A stretch of DNA of 53,800 nt from Ilumatobacteraceae bacterium. GTDB taxonomy: Bacteria; Actinomycetota; Acidimicrobiia; Acidimicrobiales; Ilumatobacteraceae. Shown piece by piece: positions 47,558 through 53,800 of the stretch; positions within the stretch are counted from its first letter, which is position 1; every line of letters begins with the position of its first letter. Where the stretch lies: positions 1-53,800 of the forward strand of contig JBILBZ010000001.1 in the NCBI GenBank assembly GCA_044353425.1, in the 5' to 3' direction. Both the position numbers and the translations under genes were made by a program. The notes below the pieces were generated by a model. It ran no database searches, had not been told where the DNA came from, and saw only the letters and a program-made list of their open reading frames with translations.

Positions 47558-49317
47558 AGTCAACTGCAATGCGCACACATATGTGCGGTGAGTTGAATGA
47601 GTCTCACATCGGAACCGCCATCTCGGTGTGTGGCTGGGTTGGACGCCGTCGTGAGCACGGGGAGAAGCTAGCTTTCGTCGACCTTCGCGATCACTCGGGA
47701 ATCATTCAATGTGTGGTTGACAATGATGTGGATGTCCGTAGTGAATATGTCATTCGAATCACTGGTGTCGTTCGTGCTCGGCCGGAAGGAACCGTCAACA
47801 CCGCTTTGTCAACTGGTCAAGTGGAAGTGGGAGAGTGTGTTGTCGAAGTTCTGAACTCTGCTGAACCACCTCCGTTCCCGGTAGACCACCGTGCAGATGA
47901 TGTTGACGAATCAGTTCGTCTGAAGTTCCGCTACCTCGACATTCGTCGTGAGCGGATGCAAAAGAACCTTCGTGTTCGCGCCAAGGTCAATAGTGCAATT
48001 CGCGGTGCAATGGAAGAAAACGGCTTTCTGGAGGTGGAGACGCCCCTGTTAATGCCGTCGACACCTGAAGGCGCTCGTGAGTTCTTGGTGCCGTCTCGTA
48101 AAGAGCATGGTTCTTTTTTTGCTTTGCCGCAGTCTCCGCAATTGTGGAAGCAGTTGTTGATGGTGTCGGGTGTTGATCGCTATTACCAGATCGCGAAATG
48201 TTTACGCGATGAAGACCTTCGCGCTGACCGTCAATATGAGTTCATGCAGTTGGACGCAGAGATGTCGTTCGTATCGCAAGATGATGTTCTCGAGTTCATT
48301 GGCCGGGCAGTTGTTGCTGCAGCAACCGCAGTGACTGGTGAAGCACCTCCGACAATCGAACGAATCACATGGCGAGACGCTATGGAGCGTTTCGGAATCG
48401 ATAAGCCTGACTTGCGCTTTGGTATGGAATTGGTGGAGTTGACGCCGCTCTTCTCTGCAACCGAATTCAAAGCATTTGCAGGTGCTGAATGCATTAAAGG
48501 CATTCGCGTTGATGCCGCAACATATCCAGAGGCAGCTGCATATGGTCGAAACAAGCTTGATGCTTTGACCGATCGCGCCAAGAAAATCGGCGCAAAGGGT
48601 CTTGTGTGGATGAAGGTTGGTGCAGACTCGGCTGTTGATTCTCCTGTTGCCAAGTTCCTTTCTGATGCGGAACGAATTGCATTGGTTTCAACGATGGGCG
48701 CGGTTGAAGGGGACTTGATTCTTCTTGTTGCCGATGAATGGATGACGACATGTGAAGTCTTGGGTACCTTGCGCAATGACATCGGTCGTCCGCCGGTCCA
48801 TGAGGGTCCATACCGATATGTATGGGTCACTGAATTCCCGTTGTTTATTGGCGTCGATCCTGTCTCGGGTAATCCACGACCAGGGCACCATCCGTTCTGT
48901 CATCCACATCCTGATGACCTGCACTTGTTTGAGACAGAGCCTTTGAAGGTTCGTGCGTTGGCGTATGACCTTGTTTTGAATGGTTGGGAATTGGGTTCAG
49001 GCTCAATTCGTATTCATGAACCAGAACTGCAACGTCGTGTCTTTAACCGTTTAGGTATCTCCGACGAGGAGGCCGACAAGCGTTTCGGGTTCTTTCTTCA
49101 GCCATTCAAGTACGGAGCCCCTCCTCACGGTGGATTCGCTTTCGGCATTGACCGCTTAACGGCGATTCTCGCTGGAGAAGAAAACATTCGTGAAGTGATC
49201 GCCTTCCCGAAGACTCAAAGTGGTTCCGACCCAATGACAAACGCACCGACGCCAGTCGAGCCAGCACATTTGGCTGATCTTGGATTGCGTCTGTTGCCAC
49301 CACCTGCCACGTCGTAG
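47554..49317 (+). CDS. aspS: Aspartate--tRNA ligase (bacterial type, possibly non-discriminating)
   Basis: OB-fold N-terminus (VCGWVGRRREHGEKLAFVDLRDHSG), motif 2 (CLRDEDLRADRQYEFMQLD), the GAD insertion and motif 3 (GFAFGIDRL). ATGA overlap with hisS. Confidence 0.96.
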   Translation: MKSTAMRTHMCGELNESHIGTAISVCGWVGRRREHGEKLAFVDLRDHSGIIQCVVDNDVDVRSEYVIRITGVVRARPEGTVNTALSTGQVEVGECVVEVLNSAEPPPFPVDHRADDVDESVRLKFRYLDIRRERMQKNLRVRAKVNSAIRGAMEENGFLEVETPLLMPSTPEGAREFLVPSRKEHGSFFALPQSPQLWKQLLMVSGVDRYYQIAKCLRDEDLRADRQYEFMQLDAEMSFVSQDDVLEFIGRAVVAAATAVTGEAPPTIERITWRDAMERFGIDKPDLRFGMELVELTPLFSATEFKAFAGAECIKGIRVDAATYPEAAAYGRNKLDALTDRAKKIGAKGLVWMKVGADSAVDSPVAKFLSDAERIALVSTMGAVEGDLILLVADEWMTTCEVLGTLRNDIGRPPVHEGPYRYVWVTEFPLFIGVDPVSGNPRPGHHPFCHPHPDDLHLFETEPLKVRALAYDLVLNGWELGSGSIRIHEPELQRRVFNRLGISDEEADKRFGFFLQPFKYGAPPHGGFAFGIDRLTAILAGEENIREVIAFPKTQSGSDPMTNAPTPVEPAHLADLGLRLLPPPATS

Positions 49318-49322
49318 TTCAG

Positions 49323-50483
49323 ATGGAATCTCCCGATCTCTTCACTGCCTCAGTGGAGGAGCGCATTGCGTCTCGAGCACCTCTTGCTGCTCGTCTGCGT
49401 CCCACATCACTCAACGAAGTTGTTGGTCAGGATCATCTTGTTGGCCCTTCGGGGCCGCTTCGTCGCCTGATCGAATCTGATCGTTTGGCGTCCATCATCT
49501 TGTGGGGCCCTCCGGGCACAGGGAAGACAACACTTGCGGAGTTGGTGGCAAGCACAACGAAGAGAAGCTTTGAGCGTTTGTCTGCTGTGACAGCCGGAGT
49601 TAAGGACATTCGTGAAGTTATCGAAGCCGCTAAGAGACGATTGACGATTGATGATCGTGGAACTGTTGTGTTTGTCGATGAAATCCATCGATTCAATACG
49701 ACGCAGCAAGATGCTCTGTTGCACGCTGTTGAAAGTGGCCTCGTGACATTGGTGGGAGCGACAACTGAGAACCCTGCGTTCTCCGTGAACCCGGCGTTGA
49801 GAAGTCGATCATCCGTCTTTGGTTTGAAGCCAGTAGATGAACAAGCTGTTGCAGAGTTGCTTCGTCGTGCAGTCATTCACGAAGGTGTAGAGATAAACGA
49901 AGAAGCTGTCGAGTTACTTGCACGCCGATGCACAGGCGATGCGCGCCAAGCGTTAACAGCTCTCGAAGTTGCTATCGCACTATCTGGTGGTGCCACCGTT
50001 ACTGTCGAACATGCCACAACCGCTCTCGATACAAGTGTGTCTCGCATGGGACGAGACGATCACTATGACGTGATCTCTGCATTCATCAAGTCGATGCGCG
50101 CCTCTGAAGTTGATATCGCGTTGCATTGGCTTGCGCGAATGGTGGAAGCTGGCGAAGACCCACGCTTCATTGCTCGGCGCATGATCATTTTCGCAAGTGA
50201 AGATATTGGCATGGCAGACCCCACTGCGTTGCAGGCCGCCATTGCAGTGGCAGATGCTCTTGATCGTGTGGGTCTTCCCGAAGCGCTTCACAACCTTGCT
50301 CATGGAGTAGTTCATTTGTCCCAGGCTCCCAAGAGCCGTGCAGTGACTAACGCAATCGCCCGCGCAGTCGCCGACGTGCGAGAAGGGCGGACAGGACAAG
50401 CTCCGGCAACAACGGCCCAGCCACCCGGTTTTCGACCGATGGGAATTGGTGATTTTCGCTACTACCGTGCGGAAGGTGAATAA
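49323..50483 (+). CDS. rarA: Replication-associated recombination protein A (MgsA/RarA AAA+ ATPase), short C-terminus
   Basis: Motifs PLAARLRP..L.EVVGQDHL, Walker A GPPGTGKTT, Walker B VFVDEIHRFN, GATTENP and DPRFIARRMIIFASEDIG. Confidence 0.9.
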   Translation: MESPDLFTASVEERIASRAPLAARLRPTSLNEVVGQDHLVGPSGPLRRLIESDRLASIILWGPPGTGKTTLAELVASTTKRSFERLSAVTAGVKDIREVIEAAKRRLTIDDRGTVVFVDEIHRFNTTQQDALLHAVESGLVTLVGATTENPAFSVNPALRSRSSVFGLKPVDEQAVAELLRRAVIHEGVEINEEAVELLARRCTGDARQALTALEVAIALSGGATVTVEHATTALDTSVSRMGRDDHYDVISAFIKSMRASEVDIALHWLARMVEAGEDPRFIARRMIIFASEDIGMADPTALQAAIAVADALDRVGLPEALHNLAHGVVHLSQAPKSRAVTNAIARAVADVREGRTGQAPATTAQPPGFRPMGIGDFRYYRAEGE

Positions 50484-50507
50484 GGCATTTCAGGTGAGGG
50501 CATTGTC

Positions 50508-50735
50508 ATGATGAAGCGATTGTTCTGGTTTTGTCTCGGCGTTGTGTCGGGCGCTGCAGGTCTGATGTGGCTGCGACGTAAGGCAATTGCTGCCGCCGAG
50601 AAAATCACGCCTAGTGCGATTCTCTCGGTTCTTATTGACTCTGCGAAGTCCTTGGTGACACGCTTAGTCGCCTTATACGGGAAATCTGGCGACACGAGTT
50701 CAGCCACTGTTCCCCCTGAGCCTCGCCAACCGTAA
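50508..50735 (+). CDS. Small single-TM hypothetical protein (75 aa)
   Basis: N-terminal hydrophobic helix (LFWFCLGVVSGAAGLMWL) followed by a polar tail. It fills the only gap between rarA and alaS on the coding strand. Confidence 0.5.
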   Translation: MMKRLFWFCLGVVSGAAGLMWLRRKAIAAAEKITPSAILSVLIDSAKSLVTRLVALYGKSGDTSSATVPPEPRQP

Positions 50736-50779
50736 GTCTTCCCATCTGGCGGAGGGCTGCTGGGTAACATGGAAGTCTC

Positions 50780-53413
50780 ATGGTTTCACCACTTTCTTCC
50801 GGAACTCCCCGTAGCGCTGATCAACTGAGGTCGGCTTTTTCACAGTTCTTTGGAGACCGTGCGCATACTGTCGTCACATCGGCCAGTCTGATTCCTCATG
50901 ACCCCACACTGCTTTTTACCGTCGCCGGAATGGTGCCATTTAAGCCGTACTTCATGGGGGACGAAGTCGCTCCGTACAGTCGGGCTGTCACGGTTCAGAA
51001 GTGTGTTCGAGCTGGAGGCAAGCACAACGACCTCGATGATGTCGGTCGCACAAAGAGACACCTGGTCTTTTTTGAAATGTTGGGTAATTTCAGTTTTGGT
51101 GATTACTTCAAAGAAGACGCCATCCCTTGGTCGTGGAAACTTGTAACAGAGGTTTTTGGTTTTGACCCTGAACGACTCTGGATCACTGTTCATGAATCAG
51201 ACGACGAGGCCGAAGCCATCTGGCACGAAAAAGTTGGTGTTCCAATGGAGCGAATCCAGCGTCTCGGTGACAAGGACAATTTCTGGCAAGCAGGAGATAC
51301 TGGCCCATGTGGTCCATGTTCAGAGATCCACTATGACCGTGGACCTGACTTTGGCCCCGATGGTGGTCCACAAAATGATCCACACGGTGATCGTTTCATG
51401 GAGTTCTGGAACCTGGTCTTTATGCAATACAACCAAGCGCCAGACGGAACGCGCACACCATTGCCAAAGCCAAGCATCGACACGGGCGCAGGACTCGAGC
51501 GAATCCTCGCACTCGTTCAGGGTGTTGACTCTGTGTGGGAGACCGATGCATTGTTCCCGCTCATTCAGGCGGCACAAGAAATCACTGGCGGCGAGTACCG
51601 AATAGGGGATTACGAGCACCGTGACAGTTTCAGTCTTCGAGTGCTCGCGGAACATGCTCGTTCTGCGACCATGTTGATTAACGATGGCGTGTTCCCAAGC
51701 AATGAGAATCGTGGGTATGTCCTTCGACGAATCATTCGTCGCGCGGTGCGACATGCGTTCTTGTTGGGCACCGAAAAACTTGTTATGCCCACTCTCGCAG
51801 GAGTCGCTGTTGACGTGATGGGGAATGCGTATCCCGACATTGTGAAGAACCGAGATTTCATCATCGGTGTTCTTGCGAAAGAAGAAGAGCGTTTCCGCAA
51901 TACGCTGAAGACAGGTCTTGCAATTCTTGAAGAAGATATTGCTGCTAATCCAGAACGCCTGTCAGGTCGATCAACATTTTTGTTGCACGACACATACGGA
52001 TTCCCCCTCGAGTTAACTCAAGAGATTGCTGCTGAACGTGGTGTGGAAGTTGACATCGAAGGTTTCGAATCTGAGATGAATGAACAACGCACCCGCGCAA
52101 AAGATGCTCGAAAGTCTGGCCGTATTGACGGCGACCGCGTTGAGGCGTATCGCGAAGTGATGGAAGCTCACGGAACAACTGAGTTTGTCGGCTACGTGCA
52201 TGACACTTCAGAGTCCACGATTCTGGCTGTGATTGATGGCGATGACGGGATTGTCGAAGTGTTCCTTGATCACACACCGTTTTATGCCGAAAGCGGTGGG
52301 CAAGTGGGCGATATCGGAGTTCTTTCCGGCTCGGATTTCGAATTGCATGTGCTTGATACAACCTTTGCGTTGCCAGGCCTTCGCCGTCATTCGTGCAGAG
52401 CTGTATCGGGAACGCCTGTCGAGGGTGCAGTTGTCTCGGCACGCATTGATACTGCGGCGCGTACGGCGACTCGTCGCAATCACACGGGCACTCATATTTT
52501 GCACTGGGCCCTACGCACGGTTCTGGGTGAGCATGTGAAACAAGCAGGTTCACTGGTATCGCCAGATCGTTTGCGTTTTGACTTCAGTCATTACGATTCT
52601 GTCTCCGCTGAAGAGATCGCCCGCATCGAGGATCTTGCCAATACACAAGTTCTTCTCAATGTTTCTGTTGATTCTTTTGAAACCTCAAAAGAGGAGGCGT
52701 TAGCCGCAGGTGCGATTGCATTCTTTGGCGATAAGTACGGAGACACTGTTCGTGTACTGAAGGCTGGAGCTTCCACTGAATTGTGTGGCGGCACGCATGT
52801 ATCGGCAACGGGTGATATCGGAACAATCAAGATTGTGGGTGAATCGTCTATTGGCTCAAACCTGCGTCGTATTGAAGCTGTCACGGGTACCAACACACTC
52901 CGCTTTGTTCAGCGAAACGGCGACATCCTTGAACAGGTTGCTGCAGTGGTAGGAACGAAAGCTGATGATGCCGTGGCTGGAGTGCAGCGCAAGCTAGAAG
53001 AGTTAAAGGCTGCGCAAGATGAATTGAAGGTTCTGCGATCACGTCTTGCTTCGGGTCGTGCCATTGAACTTGCCACAGAAGCAGTCAACGGAATCGTTGT
53101 CGCACGCGTTGATGGCATAACTGCAAACGATCTCAGAGATCTTGCAGTTGCCATTCGTCAGCAATCAGGCATCAATGCTGTCGTGCTGGGTGGCGTGACC
53201 GATACGGGCGGTGTCTCCATCGTTGGCGCAACAGCGACATCCGTGAAGGCAAATGCCGGAGATCTCATCAAAGACGCAGCGAAAGCAGTCGGTGGTGGTG
53301 GAGGAGGCAAGGGAGACATTGCGACCGCCGGTGGCAAGAACCCCGAAGCTCTTGATGAAGCACTTTCAATTGCGCGCGAGAAAGCTGCAGCCGTCATCGG
53401 CTCACTCGGCTGA
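50780..53413 (+). CDS. alaS: Alanine--tRNA ligase
   Basis: Motifs LLFTVAGMVPFKPYF, KHNDLDDVGRT.RH..FFEMLGNFSFGDYFK, editing-domain HTGTHILHWAL and the C-terminal DHHA1 domain (GGGGGGKGDIATAGG). Length is 877 aa. Confidence 0.97.
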   Translation: MVSPLSSGTPRSADQLRSAFSQFFGDRAHTVVTSASLIPHDPTLLFTVAGMVPFKPYFMGDEVAPYSRAVTVQKCVRAGGKHNDLDDVGRTKRHLVFFEMLGNFSFGDYFKEDAIPWSWKLVTEVFGFDPERLWITVHESDDEAEAIWHEKVGVPMERIQRLGDKDNFWQAGDTGPCGPCSEIHYDRGPDFGPDGGPQNDPHGDRFMEFWNLVFMQYNQAPDGTRTPLPKPSIDTGAGLERILALVQGVDSVWETDALFPLIQAAQEITGGEYRIGDYEHRDSFSLRVLAEHARSATMLINDGVFPSNENRGYVLRRIIRRAVRHAFLLGTEKLVMPTLAGVAVDVMGNAYPDIVKNRDFIIGVLAKEEERFRNTLKTGLAILEEDIAANPERLSGRSTFLLHDTYGFPLELTQEIAAERGVEVDIEGFESEMNEQRTRAKDARKSGRIDGDRVEAYREVMEAHGTTEFVGYVHDTSESTILAVIDGDDGIVEVFLDHTPFYAESGGQVGDIGVLSGSDFELHVLDTTFALPGLRRHSCRAVSGTPVEGAVVSARIDTAARTATRRNHTGTHILHWALRTVLGEHVKQAGSLVSPDRLRFDFSHYDSVSAEEIARIEDLANTQVLLNVSVDSFETSKEEALAAGAIAFFGDKYGDTVRVLKAGASTELCGGTHVSATGDIGTIKIVGESSIGSNLRRIEAVTGTNTLRFVQRNGDILEQVAAVVGTKADDAVAGVQRKLEELKAAQDELKVLRSRLASGRAIELATEAVNGIVVARVDGITANDLRDLAVAIRQQSGINAVVLGGVTDTGGVSIVGATATSVKANAGDLIKDAAKAVGGGGGGKGDIATAGGKNPEALDEALSIAREKAAAVIGSLG

Positions 53414-53417
53414 GATT

Positions 53418-53800
53418 GTGCGAGTTCTAGGTATCGATCTCGGATCAAAGAGAATCGGTATAGCTGCGTCGGATCGAAGTGGAACCATTGCATCTCCTCT
53501 TGTTGTCTTGCAGCGTGGTGCTTCACAACGAGTCGACCATGCTGAGATCTTGAAGCTCGTTCTTGAGGAAGAAGCTGAGGCAATTGTGGTGGGACTTCCA
53601 TTGAATATGGATGGCTCAGAAGGATCAGCAGCGAAGTCTGCCCGAATGGAAGCCGATCGAATGGCTACGGTGGTTGGCGTGCCGGTTTACATCCATGATG
53701 AGCGTCGGTCGACGGTGGAGGGAGACCGAGTGTTGATGGAGCGCGGGCTTAATGCACAAGACCGTCGTAAGGTCATCGACAAAGTTGCGGCGGCTGTCAT
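53418..53800 (+). CDS. ruvX: Putative pre-16S rRNA nuclease / Holliday junction resolvase-like YqgF (RuvX), 3' end outside the window
   Basis: My own translation from GTG 53418 gives VRVLGIDLGSKRIGIAASDRSGTIASPL...AIVVGLPLNMDGSEG...IHDERRST. The frame is open to the window end. This ORF is not in the supplied track because it has no stop within the window. Confidence 0.88.
   Translation, partial: MRVLGIDLGSKRIGIAASDRSGTIASPLVVLQRGASQRVDHAEILKLVLEEEAEAIVVGLPLNMDGSEGSAAKSARMEADRMATVVGVPVYIHDERRSTVEGDRVLMERGLNAQDRRKVIDKVAAAV

Noticed and set aside
1-53800. CRISPR arrays, rRNA or tRNA genes, toxin-antitoxin pairs, restriction-modification or other defence genes, and biosynthetic gene clusters.
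   Set aside because: I saw no spaced direct repeats outside the coding repeat at 8955-9400. No non-coding gap is longer than about 110 nt. Every sizeable ORF on the coding strand except four or five small unknowns is assignable to a housekeeping or metal-resistance family.

Overview
This window reads as a densely packed, almost gap-free piece of core chromosome from an actinobacterium. About 55 genes are present and about 50 of them are on the + strand. The actinobacterial assignment rests on mshC (mycothiol), a phosphatidylinositol-mannoside (PIM) gene set, F420-type enzymes, sepF, and gene order that from thrS to alaS/ruvX follows the Mycobacterium order closely.

Gene order:
- Tail of the dcw cluster: murC (partial), murB, ftsQ, ftsZ, yggS, sepF, yggT.
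- ileS, a Lys/Ala-repeat DksA-like protein, lspA, rluD, an Rrf2 regulator (-), an AlkP-family enzyme, dnaE.
- Two small enzymes or unknowns, a DUF255 thioredoxin-domain protein (-), fabI/inhA (-), an F420 reductase, mshC, plsC.
- thrS, HIT, a membrane protein, the PI-phosphate synthase gene and the PIM acyltransferase gene.
- A compact arsenic module plus an LLM oxidoreductase.
- pimA, a degenerate HtpX-like protein and a DUF3048 lipoprotein.
- pdxS, pdxT, yebC, bcp, ruvCAB, queA, tgt, yajC, secD, secF, rel, hisS, aspS, rarA, a small membrane protein, alaS, ruvX (partial).

I found no rRNA, tRNA, CRISPR array, transposase, integrase or phage genes. Intergenic spacers are mostly under 100 nt, and many neighbours overlap by 1-8 nt.

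I do not see a convincing new multi-gene system such as a defence island or biosynthetic cluster. The best leads are single loci:
1. A histone-H1-like repeat tail fused to a DksA/TraR-type domain that has lost all four zinc-finger cysteines.
2. An HtpX/M48 homologue whose HExxH motif reads HLLWR, with its stop 1 nt before the start of a DUF3048 lipoprotein gene.
3. An arsR / VOC (ArsI-CadI-like) / MIP channel / arsC module wedged inside the PIM operon, with a clear promoter-operator arrangement.
4. An uncharacterised membrane protein coupled between the HIT gene and the PI-phosphate synthase gene.
5. A dcw cluster that contains murB but lacks the usual pgeF and divIVA genes.

All family assignments come from reading motifs in the translated ORFs. 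No database search was run.
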